A stretch of DNA of 63,428 nucleotides, counting the filler, from Jimgerdemannia flammicorona (taxonomy: Eukaryota), in NCBI GenBank assembly GCA_003990765.1. It is 3 parts of 3 records of this genome, joined end to end, with 100 filler letters (N's around TTAATTAATTAA, not from the genome) between each part and the next. Parts side by side here need not be neighbours in the genome. Positions count along the whole stretch, not along the records: positions 1 to 21,083 come from RBNJ01001540.1; 2 more parts are not named here. One strand, given 5' to 3'. Under the pieces are notes generated by a model that did not search any database, was not told the origin of the DNA, and saw only the letters and a list, made by a program, of their open reading frames with translations. Of the stretch, positions 1 to 13,141 are shown in pieces. Made by a program: the position numbers and the translations under genes. Each line of letters starts with the position of its first letter. Position 1 is the first letter of the stretch.

Positions 1-388
1 GATAAGGACTTTCCTAGTAGATCGAATTGAGTTTTTGGAAGAGACAACAAGATTGCCGTTTATAAAATTAATTAGAAGAATTGTGAGTGATTTGATGCCA
101 TTGTGGGATGCAGAAGATACTTGAGCGCGCTTTCTTGCACCAGATACTGCATTTGATCTACATTTTTCTTGCACCAGATACTGCATTTGGTCTACATTTC
201 TCTCAACGTCAACAGTGATAGCATTTGGGCCTTTGCCTCGCCTATCTGAAAACGACTAAGTTCAAAGGTGTGACCAGGCGCGGATGCCTTTCTATATCAA
301 TTTTGTGCGAACATGGCAAACTCTGTCCTTTATGCATGCTTATCTTTTATAAATATTTTACTATGAAACTCTGATATAAATATACATA

Positions 389-910
389 CTAATCTCTTAT
401 GTCATTGTCTTCCTATGAAATCACTGGAGAGACCCTACCATATCGAGCACCTATTGGTCAGAATGGAACAAAGAAGGTGGGTTGAGTTCCGAAAAGGGTG
501 GGCCAGGTGTGAGTTCATATGTTATTTTGTCACAGAGTTTTATGAATATGCATGCTAATCTCTTATGTGATTGTCTTACTATGAAAACATCGGAGAAACC
601 TGATGACGAGTGCCTCTGGGTCAAAATGGAACGAAGAAGGTGAGTTCAGGTCGAATATTGTGGGCCGGGCTCGAGAGTTCATGTGTTATTTCCTCGCATT
701 GAATTGTATGAACATGCATGCTAATCTATTATGTGATTGTTGTACTACGAAAAAACTGGTGATACCCTGCCATAACGAGCCTCTCTGGATCAGAACGGAA
801 CGAAGAAGGTGGGTTGAGTTCCGAATAGGGTGGGCCGCATGCGAGGTGCGAGTTGAGTTGTATGTGTATGTGTGCTAATCTCTTATATGATTTTCATACT
901 ACAAAACTAG
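389..910. repeat. Degenerate ~166-bp tandem repeat, about 3.2 copies
   Basis: CTAATCT(C/A)TTAT recurs at 389, 555, 721 and 875. The three full units also share GTCAGAATGGAAC.AAGAAGGTG-like and GTGGGCC blocks. Confidence 0.85.
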
Positions 911-3164
911 AGGAGGAATCCTGCTGTGATGACACCTCGACATGTCGCTGCACTGCAATGTTAACTGATATTGTGGTAGGGTTTTTTCTTTTTCTTTTTT
1001 AAACTCAGCACATTCTTTTACTCACAAATGACATCATCATCAACACAATATAACAACTCAGTGCAGAAAGGCTGTTGCTGCCAGAACAACCATCTCCACA
1101 AACGATGAAAGTGGAGCAAATTGAGTATTATATTTCTGAGCAAAAGCAGGTATATTTAACATTTCCAAAGCAATGCTTCTACTTGTTCACTTCAACGACT
1201 CTTTCTTATAAATGCCTTTATTTGTATTAAGCATCTCTGCAGAGGATGGTAGCGGCAAGAGGGATGCTGGCGCTCTTTCTAAAGCATGAAAATCGAACTT
1301 GAGCTCAAATTTCTTGATTTATAATGTAGAATTATGAAAATTGTAGAATATATATAATATTGTATGTTTTTTGCATCCATCTGTTTAGTTTTAAGTTGAC
1401 ACCCATGGGTGTACATGTATTTGCTCTGTTATAATATATGCAGTTTTATTATTACTGCTTACTGCACCGTCGTGCCGATAAATTCGTCTCAGAAAAAAGA
1501 ATTCCTTATAATTAAGACAAATGTTGAAGCTACAACAGTAAGAATGCAATCTGCTCCCACTTCATTGAGATTCAAGGCACGAAAACGTTGGTCTAAGCCA
1601 CTCATTGGAAAAGCAGTCATACCTGTCTGGACATGTATGACTGCGTTTTAACAGTGAGATATTTAACGTAATACTTCCGTCGTGCCGCTAGTTCACAAGG
1701 TTCAGCTCCGAGATTGGCGCCAGAGAATGGAAAAGGAAATAAATATATATTATTGGAAATTTTCAAGCAGTTAAAGTGGGCGAGTTCGTGACCAGCATGC
1801 AGACGAGGTTCTTTACCTCTGAGAACCAGTCGCACCCAAACAGTCACATGATCACCTGCTTGCGCCCAATGCACGGTGGTCAGATAACCGATCTCAATCT
1901 TGCAAACACAGTAATTATATAAACCCATCCTGTGATTGACATATCGAAGGGCGAACCAACAACCACAAGGCAACTGATACCTTTTACTGCCCTCTCAGCT
2001 ACAACAATGCTGCTTTGTCGAGTGCAACCATTTTAATCAGAGCACCGTCACCGCCTCGAAGCAAAATACTGGCGAGGTGCATCATGACGTTATAACTGAA
2101 CTGCAAGCGCTTGGGTGGATAGGGACAGTGGGCGCTATATAAGTACAGCTGGAATTTGTTAAAGTGATCTAACAGATATGCCGACCTTCCAAAACATATC
2201 CTACTGTAGAGAACATGTTTGTCATTGAAGGGGAAAGTGTTGCGCTATGATCGCAAGTTATCATTAAAACAATCTGCCGTCCTGTGCGTAGTGACGTTAT
2301 AGCTGGGCTGCAGGTACCTACCTGGGTGGACATAGGCCCCTCTAGCTTCTAAACAGAATATTTTCTTCGGACAGTTAAAATGATAAAAGTTGTATTAAGA
2401 GTTAATTCTGTACTTCGGTCTCACAAATCCAGAAATTCACTACACGACATTCGGAATTTCTAATTGCTTTGGTGGTCCCCCGTATCGAGAGAATTGCACA
2501 TTGCAATTATTATTATTATTACTATTATTTGATTCGTCTTTGGAACCGGTATGAATTATTTTTACAATTTACTCTAAATACAGCATTTAATATTATGTTG
2601 TTTTACAGAAAGCGCCTCAATAATAAAGCGGCGACATCACTGGCTTGCTCCTTTTTTGCGTGGTCCTTTCCTTGTTCATCTACTCCACACTATCAAAAGT
2701 AACGGCACTTACCCGTTCCCACGCCCACATTCGTCCGACCAATTGGGCCAAGAGGCGCTTCCGGCGAGGGAGAATCTCCGGGTGGGTCGCAGCTTGACTT
2801 GGCTACAAGACTGGAAAAAACGTAAAACGGACGAATACTCCGCTTGCGGATGCGAGGTCCTCTGCCCCTTGCACGATGTAGAGGAGGAATACAGGCCGAG
2901 ATGGCGGGCAAGTGGTGAAGGACACGGCGGTGCCAAAATAAATGATGACGGGATGTGCCGTTGAGGCAGTGACATGCGCGTGATGGAACCTGACATCACG
3001 ACTGGGTTTTGGAGCAACCTATTGATGTAAGAAAACCAGAGCTGAGTCAGCGATGCTCCAGTTGACTAAAACACGAAGTACTCCCATTTCGGCTCCGTTT
3101 CTGGCCGCGTTGCCCTATCCAATCCACACTCACCTTGGTTAAAAAAATGTGTGTCTACCGCGCT

Positions 3165-3805
3165 GGGTCGATGGTCGACGTCAATTCGTCGAGATACGAG
3201 CGGTTGACGGGCTGGATTCTAAACTTGCGGCTGGATAACTTTCTATCGGATCGGATGGTCGACGTCATTTCGTCGGGATGCAAGCGGTTGACCGGCTGGG
3301 TCTAAACTTACGGCTGGATACCTTTCCATCGGATCCAGTCGGGTCGGATGGTCGACGCCATTTCGTCGAGATGCAAGCGGTTGACCGGCTGGGTCTAAAC
3401 TTGCGGCTGAATACCTTTCTATCGGATCCGGTCGGGTCGGATGGTCGACGTCATTTCGTCGAGATGCAAGCGGTTGATCGGCTGGGTCTAAACTTGCGAC
3501 ATGATACCTTTCTATCGGATCCGGTCGGGTCGGATGATCGACGTCATTTCGTCGAGATGCAAGCGGTTGACCGGCTGGGTCTAAACTTGCGACTGGATAT
3601 CTTCTATCGGATCCGGTCGGGTCGGATGGTCGACGCCATTTCGTCGAGATGCAAGCGGTTGACCGGCTGGTCTAAACTTGCGGCTGGGTAACCTTTTATC
3701 GGATCGGGTCGGGTCGGATGGGCGACTTCATTTCGTCGAGTTGACGGGCTGGGTCTAAACTTGTGGCTGGATAACTCTATCGGATACAGTCGGATCGGGT
3801 CGGCT
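3165..3805. repeat. 93-bp CpG-rich minisatellite, about 7 copies, followed by a T-run
   Basis: Unit approximately GATGGTCGACGCCATTTCGTCGAGATGCAAGCGGTTGACCGGCTGGGTCTAAACTTGCGGCTGGATACCTTTCTATCGGATCCGGTCGGGTCG. ATGs at 3278 and 3371 give the 93-bp period. Confidence 0.95.
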
Positions 3806-4095
3806 GTTTTTTTTTTTTTTTTTGACAAAAATACTGCGTGCGCCGCAGGATTGTTGCAAACAACGTGATTAACATATCAGAACACGGGTGACACCTGCGG
3901 GGAGTAGGAAACCATCAGATTCTGTTTGGTTGCTGACAAACATCACATTACTACAGGGTATGGCTATTTACCTTTGTCATCGCATTCTCTCTTCAACTTT
4001 CATCAACCGTTTTCGGGAGAGGCTCCAGCGGTAATAGTGGCACAGGTACCAAGTCGAATACTTCAAGTTTTCTCTTGACACGGGGGCGCAATTTT

Positions 4096-4905
4096 TCAAA
4101 AACATGCCTTATCGCTCGTTTCAAAACGTGCCTTATCGCTCATTGAGATAAGACAAGTTTTTGAAAAATTGCGTCCCAGATGCTCCGCAGGGAAAAGCTG
4201 GGTATTTGATGGTTGGGGGGCTCGCCAGTCTCGATCTTGTTCGAACAGATGCACATGGGAACCCTGGCACCTCCTCTTCCGCTTCCTGCACGACGCGCAT
4301 GCAACTCCAGGCGCAATCCTCTTGCCGATGAACTTGGTGGCATGAACGCTGCACTTTTGTCTTTTACGGCAATTGTCACATTCGCTTTTTGGAACAATCT
4401 TTGCAGTCAGGGTTGATGACCGTTTCATGCCGTTGGGGATGGGGGCAAATTGAAAAGGCGGTGCCGGAAGGATAGGTTTATAGGTGGTTGGTTGATAGGT
4501 CTGTTTTTGGCCTGCCGGGACAAGGCCACGCTGCCGCGCTTCGACGAAATTCGTGACTTGGTTGGGCGTTTCGCTTATAGGATCGAATTTCTCGTACTTG
4601 GGAATGATTCCGCCGTAGTTAGCTGTCGACAACTTGCAAGGAATCTTGTTGAGCCCGGGGAGCATGTCGCCTTTGAGCTTGGTAATGTCGCAGTTGACGG
4701 ATAGGTCGGCCGAGTTGGGTATGGGGGGAAGTTGGGGGTTGTCGGAAGGTTCGCATTTTATTGGACGTTCTGGGGTGGGTTCGGGGGATAGCTGGGTCAT
4801 TGTAGAGGGAGTTGGTGCGGTAAGGGAGTCGGTGCAGGAAGGAGGTGTTAGGTATGGGGCAAGGGGATAACGAATCGATGTATGGGTGACATTTATATGT
4901 TCCAT
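4096..4905 (-). CDS. Pro-rich protein with Zn(II)2Cys6-like motifs; probably a frameshifted Zn-cluster transcription factor (pseudo)gene
   Basis: 269-aa ORF with normal GC/CpG content. Contains CDNCRKRQKC and ACASCRKRKRRC; a GFPCAS(C) continuation lies in shifted frames. Confidence 0.55.
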   Translation of the reverse strand: MEHINVTHTSIRYPLAPYLTPPSCTDSLTAPTPSTMTQLSPEPTPERPIKCEPSDNPQLPPIPNSADLSVNCDITKLKGDMLPGLNKIPCKLSTANYGGIIPKYEKFDPISETPNQVTNFVEARQRGLVPAGQKQTYQPTTYKPILPAPPFQFAPIPNGMKRSSTLTAKIVPKSECDNCRKRQKCSVHATKFIGKRIAPGVACASCRKRKRRCQGSHVHLFEQDRDWRAPQPSNTQLFPAEHLGRNFSKTCLISMSDKARFETSDKACF

Positions 4906-6519
4906 TGGCTGCAGCCGCCATTGTTCCCATTGGCTGCAGCCGACTACAACTGTGCCACTTAGCTGCCGCCTACATTGGCTAGTTCCACGCTTAATTGGCT
5001 AGCTGTCGCAACCGACTTGTACCACCACCCTCACCTAGCTGCCGCCACCATTTCATTGGCTAGCTGCCGTCACTGTCCCATTGGCTAGCTTCCGCATCAG
5101 CCAGCTGCCGGCAACGGTTCAATTTACTACCGAGTTTCGACAAAGTTGAAACTTGTGAACGTACACGCGCATTTCGTTCACCCTCCTCCCAAGCTCTTGT
5201 TCTTCCTATCATTTGCGGCGCTTGGTATCAATGTATTAGTTTATTATCTTAGAGACAGTATAAGCTACAATCAATTTTCTCGGCTGGGAATGTGGCTGAG
5301 AGATTTGTAATACATATTTGCAGCCATATCAGCCATATCGGAATCATTACGCAATGTTGAATACAATCTGCATCATTGTTCACCTGCAGGTACCCCATTA
5401 AGTACTTTCGTGCATATAAAGATATAACTTCGATTGGGTTTGTCTCATATTACAGATTAAAGACTCTCGCAACTGAGACTTCGCTCCTTTTTTTTTTTTT
5501 TTTTTTGGAGACAACCGTCCAGTTTGAAACATCGTCCCATTTTCCTTGGTTTCTGTCTACACCCCATTTTTTGGCGCAGCCAATTATGGGTGTCACGCGC
5601 AGCAAAATCACGTGTATAGGTGCACGAATCAAAAACTAAGATAATTACATGATATGTGTGGTTCATCATAAAACAAGACAGCATACATTTCGAAATCGTA
5701 TGTGTACATTGTGTACATTACTATTTGTATCTGGTGCAAACCAATATGACTTTCATTATCTATCTTGTATATATAGCCAGGATCTTAGTATTAAATAATT
5801 TAATTCTACACATGTATAATATTATATATATTTCTTAACCTGTAATTATAATATATAAATTTAAATTTAATTTTGTAAAATTTTTTAAATATATATATAT
5901 ATTTGAAGAAGAAAAAAAACATTAATATAAATTTCAAAAAAAAAATTTAATAATTGATTTTTTTTTAAATTTTTTATAGATTTTCATAAAAACTTATAAA
6001 TAATTTTTTATAGCTAAAATTAGTAGTGATACAGAATAAGAGATATATATAATTATATATAAGTATATAAGTATAATAAGCTCAAAAACTAATTATAAAA
6101 GAATTTATATTTAGATCTATATATATTTCTTAATTACAAACTTATTATATATATAAATTTTAAGTTTATATATTTTGAGATCAATAAATAAAAGCTTATA
6201 AACTTAATATATACTTATTAAAATTTTTAAACTCAAAATATTATATATTTTAAATTCTTCTCTATCTCTAAATATAAATTTTATTTATTAATACTATAGC
6301 TTAAAATATAAATCCATCTTGAGCTTAACTCAATATATCTATAAAATATATAATATACTTATATAATATCAGAATTAAAATAATAATAAGTTGTATATAT
6401 TATCTTTCTCTACTACTATTTATATTATATAAATAACTTACAATACCTTTATATAAGTTTTTGAAAAAAGGTATTAACAATATGTTAATAATGAGAGATT
6501 GATAGATATACTAAATCAG

Positions 6520-6566
6520 TTAAAAAAAAAATAAAATAAAATAAAATAAAATAAAATAAAATAAAA
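6520..6566 (+). repeat. Poly(A)/(AAAAT)n insertion flanked by a 16-bp direct repeat
   Basis: AGATATACTAAATCAG (6504-6519) and AGATATACTGGATCAG (6567-6582) flank the A-rich run. Confidence 0.7.
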
Positions 6567-7679
6567 AGATATACTGGATCAGGTAAACCTAGGGTGTTTG
6601 ACTAGTAGTATATAAAGAGAGAATATAGTATAGAGATGGGCTTCTTCAGAGATACTGGTGGGTAGAGAGAAACTAGAGAAAGTTAGTAGCTTAGCTGAGA
6701 TAGTAGAAGGTCTGGGTAGATGAACTTTGTAGCTATATAAAATAAAGACAGGCAGGTGGTCTGGAGGTATTAGGAGTAATCAGCAGGAAGAGAAGAAGAA
6801 GTTGAATACTGAGTGGACTAGAGGAGTGCTGTTTAGTAGAGTTGATATAGAGATTAGAGAGACTGTGATAAGGGATATAAGTATAACGGCTGATAGTAAA
6901 GTAATAGTAGATCTGGAAAAAATCTAGATGTAATAGTTGATAGTAGGGCTAAATAGATGGAAAACATGAAAAAAAGAGACCTAGCTGATAATATGACGAG
7001 TCTAGTGAGAACTCCATTACTTATAAAGTTGATTTTGAAGTTTATAGTTATATTGTATTTCTGAGGGCTTATAGTGACTGCCAAGATAATTTTGGAAATA
7101 CTGGTGAATTAAATATCAAGTGTTATCTCAGTGAAGTTTCTTACATAGACTTGAGAGAGTTGAGATAGGGTTTGAGAAAGGGGAGCCTTTTGTAACAATT
7201 TTACAGTTATATTTTAGTCTTAGTACTTTTTCTTATCTTTTCTTATCTTTTCTTGAATATTCTATTATGTTCTAGTACCTTCTGAATATCTAAAAATCTT
7301 CTCTTGGCATCAAAATATTACTAGAACATTCTTGTCTTTTCTTGGCACTAAGTATCTTGTCTTATATATCTAGTTATAGAACCTTTTAGAACATTGTAAC
7401 TCTTCTTTTCTAAGATTCTTCTAGATCTTCTTTCAATCTTATATAAATATCCTTATTCTCTACTTAAATAAAGCTCAGAATATTTTCTCCTAGAAATTCT
7501 TTGAAAAAACTTAAACCTACAAGTATCTCTTTGAGCTACTTTAGATCTACTAGAATTATCAATCTTAGCTACTTTCTCTTAAAGAAACTAGAACTATTAC
7601 ACTTGATAGCAGTGATGTTATTATACTTTGTCTTATTAAGAAATCTTATATAAATTTAGAAACTAGTCACAACTAGTCA

Positions 7680-10600
7680 CATGAGACCAAAATGAATTAC
7701 AGAAAATCAGTCTACCATCTAGACCTCTCTGTTACAGAAAAAGTAGATAGTGCAGAACTACAAGTTAATCTGAAAAAAATGATTATCACTATGGTTTATC
7801 AAATTTGACAACTTCAAGCACAAATAGGCTATCAGAAAACAAAGACTGCAGCTATATTACATCTTGCTGCTATATTAGTCAGCTTTAAGCCACTTAAGTC
7901 AGATATCTTTGATGGTCACCAAGAAGGACTAACTATAGATACATGGACCTTCCAGTTGGATTAATACTTTGAACTCATAAGAATAGAAGAAGATATATAA
8001 GTCCAATTTGCTACCATACTTCTCTAAGAAAATACAACTATTTGGTGGTATAATCATATTATGACCACTACTATCTACTTAAAAACAAAAATCCAAGATT
8101 GGAAATCCTTCAAGGAGGCTCTTCTCCTGCAGTTCAAGCCTGCTAATGCTATCAAGCTAGCCAGAGACAAGCTAGTGAACATCAAGCAAGTCAAGTCTGT
8201 ACAAGGTTACAATGCACAATTTCTGTCAATTCTACTTGAACTACCAGTGATATCTTGGAAGATAAAAAGATAGATTGCTATATCTGAGGTATGAAAGAAA
8301 ACATGTGAGTCAAGATCAAGCTAAAAAAGCTACAGACTCTCAATGAAGCCATGAGAATTGCCAATAGATTTAATGTCATCATCTTTGACAACTGCTTTAA
8401 ACCAAAATACTATAAGAAGAACTATTTTGAGAACTATCACAAGAACTAACCCAAAGCAGTTGACCCAGCACTAATGGATCTAGATACTATAAATAAGAAA
8501 AATACCAAGCTTACTCTAGAAGAAAAAGACTACCTAAAGAAATCCAGAGCTTATTTCTTCTGTTGTCAAACAGGACACATTGCAACCAAATGTCTTAAGA
8601 AGACCAGTGAACTCTCAAGACCAGTCACTATATTGTCCAAAGATATATCCATCAATTCCACTACCAGTCAACCTGAACTCAAGATTAAGAAGCTTTATCT
8701 AAAGACCCAGATCTCTCAATATCAATCAGAAGGAGTCATTGGTCTTGACCTATACTCTGTCAAGTAAGTTACTATTTCCACCAAAAGCCAAACTCTAGTG
8801 CCTACTAGAATTGTAGTCTAATGTCCTGAAGGACATTATGCTAGAATTGCATTATGATCAGAACTCAGTGTCAAATATTATTTAGATGTTGGCACTGGTG
8901 TCATTGACTCAGACTATTAAGGACAAGTTCAAGTCTTACTTGTCAATCAGAAGGATTAAGACTATACAGTTAAGGAAGGAGACTGAGTTATACAAATGAT
9001 CTTAGAAAAAAGCCAGTCAACTCAAGATCACAGAAGTCTAAAAACTATCCAAAACCAAGTAAGACCAGAAAGGTTTTAATAGTACTGATCAAGCAGCAAG
9101 TCTTACTGAAAACTGAGCTCAAGTCATACTCATTTTCAAAGGTCTAGTCAAAGGAAAAAAAGTTCAAGTACTCATAGATAGCAGAGCTACAGAAAACTTT
9201 ATCAATCAGAACCTCATTGAAAATCTCAAGATTCTCACCATACCTATATTCAAGAATAATAGTATAGTTACTATAGATAGTATACTATATCCTATTAAAT
9301 CAATTGTAGTCAAATTACTCATCAAGATCTAGAAATATTGGGAACAAATAGACTTTGAAATTGTACTACTAGGAGATCATAATCCAATCTTAGGAAAACC
9401 CTGGCTTGCTAAACACAATCCAAACATTGATTGGTACAAGAATGAAGTTATCCTACTTTAAAAAAGAGTCAATATCACTATTAAGATAGATAAGCCTATG
9501 AACAAAACCCAGATTACAATACTGTCAGCAATATAGTATAAGAAAGCACTCAAGAAGGCAGTGCATGCTTTTGTTACAATCATCTATCTCAAGAAACAAG
9601 ATAAGAAGCTGTCAATCAATGAAAGCATCAAGTTATTGCTTGAAAAATTCAAGAATATCTTTCCAGACAAGCTATCTGATTTACCTCCTATATGAGAAGT
9701 TGATCACAAAATTGAACTGACTCTAGGAGTTATACCACTCAAGAAATATATATACTGCATATTATCTCTTGAGATTGAAATAGTCAATAAGGAACTAGAA
9801 GAGTTACTTATACAAGGAGTCATTCAACCAAGCAAATCCCCCTATAGCTCACCAGTCCTATTTATCAAGAAGAAAGATAGTACTCTGTAAATGTACATAG
9901 ACTACTGAGTACTTAACAAGCTTACAGTCAAGAACTGATACATATCTACTACTCTTAATTAATCAAATTTTTGATACTCTCAAGAATGCCAAGTACTTCA
10001 CTAAGCTGGACCTTATGTCAGGTTACCACCAAATTCAAATTAAGCTAGAAGATATCTCCAAGACTATATTCATGACCCTCTTTGAACTCTACAAATTTCT
10101 AGTTCTAGCATTTGGTTTTACCAATGTACCTGCTATATTTTAGACTCTCATGAATAAGATATTCAAGGATCAACTATTTGTCTTCTTGTTGGTATATCTT
10201 GATGACATCCTGATCTTTAGTGCAACTAAAGAAGAATATCACAAGCTCATCTGAGTAGTCCTGGAAATCTTGCAAAAATATAAGCTTTATATAAAGCTTA
10301 AGAAATATGAATTCTTCAAAGAATAAGTCAAATATCTTGGCCACATTGTCTCTGCATAAGAAATTTAAATAAATCTATACAAGATAGAGACAGTTCAAGA
10401 ATGGCCTATTCCATCAAACCTTACAGAACTCTGGTCCTTTCTTGGTCTAGCTAGCTACTACTATTGCTTTATCAGAAATTTCTCTAGCATCACTGAGCTA
10501 CTGACTAATCTCATGAGGAAGGTCTCTCACTCTGATCACTATGTACTCTATACCTGAGACCTCTTTTATTAACAAGCCTTCCAAGAACTCAAGAACTGCC

Positions 10601-12432
10601 TGACCCATGCTCCAGTCTTACATAATGTAGATCCAAGTCTGAAATTCACCATTACTACTGATTGTATTGAATTTTGCCATTGGAGCAGTTCTGTCACAAG
10701 ATGATGGTAAAAGATATCACTCTATTCTCTTTAAGTCCTGTAAGTGGGCCCCAGCTGAACAAAGTTAACCACTTATAAAAAGAAGCTACTGGTAATGCTA
10801 TCTAGAATATATTGAGTTTGATGTTATTACTAATTATCAATTACTCAAGTACATCAACACCCAATCTATTTTGTCATATCTATAAGCTAAGTGGAGCCTA
10901 AAACTTCAAACTTTCAATCTGATGATCATCTATAAGTCTGGCAAAACACTTGTAGTACCAGATGCCTTATCCAGATGTCCAGACCTCACTACAATTATAC
11001 AAGTCACTCTGGTATCAGAATTTCTAGACCAAATTAGGTAAGCTTATAAAGAAGATACTGTTGTTACTAGAATCTTCTCAAACAAGCTCAAGGATATATA
11101 TACTATTGAGAATAACCTGATCTACCATCAAGACAAAGTCTACTTATCTGATAACATAAATCTATACTATAAGATACTATAAGAATACCATAACTCCCCA
11201 CTCACTAGTTATCTTGGAATTGAGAAAATTGTCAAGAATGTCCAATGCCACTACTATTGGCCAAGTATGATCAAGGAAATCAAGAACTATATTGCTAGCT
11301 ATGATCTCTGTTAGTGCAATAAGTCTACTAACTAAATACTAGCCAGTTTACTACTTACTGTCAATTCTAACTAAGGAATTCAAATAAGTTATAATGAACT
11401 TTATAATTTAACTACTATGAATCCAATCTGATGCTGATGCTACTATTGTATTTGTTGACCACCTGACCAAGACTATGGTTGCCAAACCTACTATATATCA
11501 ATACCACTATATCTGAGATTACAAGAATCTTCTTTAAGTCTATCTTTTATCACTATGGCCTACTATGAGTAATTATCAGTAACTGTGACCCCAAGTTTAC
11601 CAGTCACTTCTGGTAAACTCTCTTCAAGACTCTGTGAACCCAATTAGTCATGTCTACCACCTTCTACCTGTAAACTAATAGACAAACTGGGTATATGAAC
11701 AGAACTCTAGAATAAATACTCAGAAACTATATTTCTTATGAGTAAGATGATTGAGACCATTACTTGACTTATATAGAATTTGCATATAATAATACTATTC
11801 AATCATCTACTAGTCTTTCCCCTTTTTAGCTACTCTATGGTCAAGATCCCAAGACCTCTGCAAGTCTAGTTCCTTTTAAGAAAGGCAGTCAAATACAAGT
11901 TCCTACTACCAAGAACCTCACAGACAAGATAGATGAACTACTTAAGATTGCTACTATGAACCTTCAGAAAGTCCAACAGTATTAAGCCAAGTATAATGTT
12001 AAGATATCATATATACTATTAGAGATCAAGTTCTACTGTCTACTGAGAACCTCAAGATATAATCTCAAGTCAACTGTCTATTGAACAAATTTCAACCTAA
12101 GTATATTGGACCTTTGAGATTACTGAATAAGTCTCAGCTTCCTCCTACTATCTTAAGTTATCTGAAATCATGAGAATATATCTAGTCTTTTATGTATCAC
12201 ACCTCAAGACCTGGAACTAGTCACCACTCTACTCTAGTCAAATTCCCAAGCCATCTACTCTTATGATTATTAAAGACTATATCAAGTATGAAGTCAAGAA
12301 AATCCTTGACAAATGAATCTGCTACTATTGTCCTCAATATCTGGTCAAGTGGATGGACTATCCTAAATATAATGCTACCTAGAAACCACTAGTTAACCTT
12401 AAGAACTCCCAAGATCTAGTCCAAGACTTTGA
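7680..12432 (+). pseudogene. Gypsy A gag-pol polyprotein with many stops and frameshifts
   Basis: Zn knuckle (Y)FFCCQTGHIATKC ~8550; protease LIDSRATENF ~9170; RT YLDD 10195-10206; RNase H ~10600-10980; integrase ~11150-11850; chromodomain YEVKKILD..QYLVKW..Y 12288-12432. Confidence 0.92.
8675..9090 (+). pseudogene. dUTPase domain of Gypsy A, between nucleocapsid and protease
   Basis: All five trimeric dUTPase motifs are recognisable: GLDL, *SEL (RSGL), GVIDSDY*G, GD*VIQ and KGFNST. Confidence 0.9.
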
Positions 12433-13141
12433 GGCAAAATGTATTACTCAATTCCTATAGTAACTTCTTTGGATTATTGATGATATATAGTAATAACCAG
12501 TGCCTTATACATTGAAAGTTTACTTTTGGAACTTTGGAACTAGCAGAATATCTAGTAAACAAGAAGTCTATTAAAATGAAGCTACTAGCTAGGTTTGAAT
12601 CTCTCCTAATTGATTAGTTTAGTAATAGACTCTCTGCTCTATATGAGGATGGCCAGTCCTCATCAATACACTGATACAAGTTTGAGAAATTTTGGTTAAG
12701 TATATTTAGTCTTGTATAACTTAAGAACTCAATGAGGATATTAGTTCTTAAGGAGAGAGAGATGTAACAATTTTACAATCATATTCTAGTCATAGTACTT
12801 TTTTGCATTTTTTCTCTAGTCTTTTCTTGTCTTTTCTTAAATATCCTACTATGTTTCAGTATCTTTCAAATGCTTAGAAATCTTCTCTTGGTACCAAGAT
12901 ATTACTAGAACATTCTTGTCTTTTCTCAGTACCAAGTATCTTATCTTAGTTAGTCATAGAACCTTTTGAAATATTGTAGAATCCTATAGTCAGCTTTGCT
13001 GAGAATCTATTTCTTGGCTTTCTCTTCTTTTCTAAGATCCTTCTAGATCTTTCTTTCAGATCTTGTATAAATATCCTTGTTTCCTGCTTGAATAAAGCTC
13101 AGAATATTCAGAACTTCTTCAAGAACACTTGAACCTACAAG

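Noticed and set aside
603..3017. Short ORFs in the unique-looking region
   Set aside because: No recognisable domains or coherent exon chain.
3165..3805. CRISPR-like array, or real 137-aa repeat protein (3278-3691)
   Set aside because: Whole units repeat with no unique spacers and no cas genes. Terminal units carry frame-breaking indels, so the ORF is likely a by-product of the 93-bp period.
12440..12720. Solo LTR or extra ORF after the Gypsy A chromodomain
   Set aside because: No convincing TSD, terminal repeat or reading frame.
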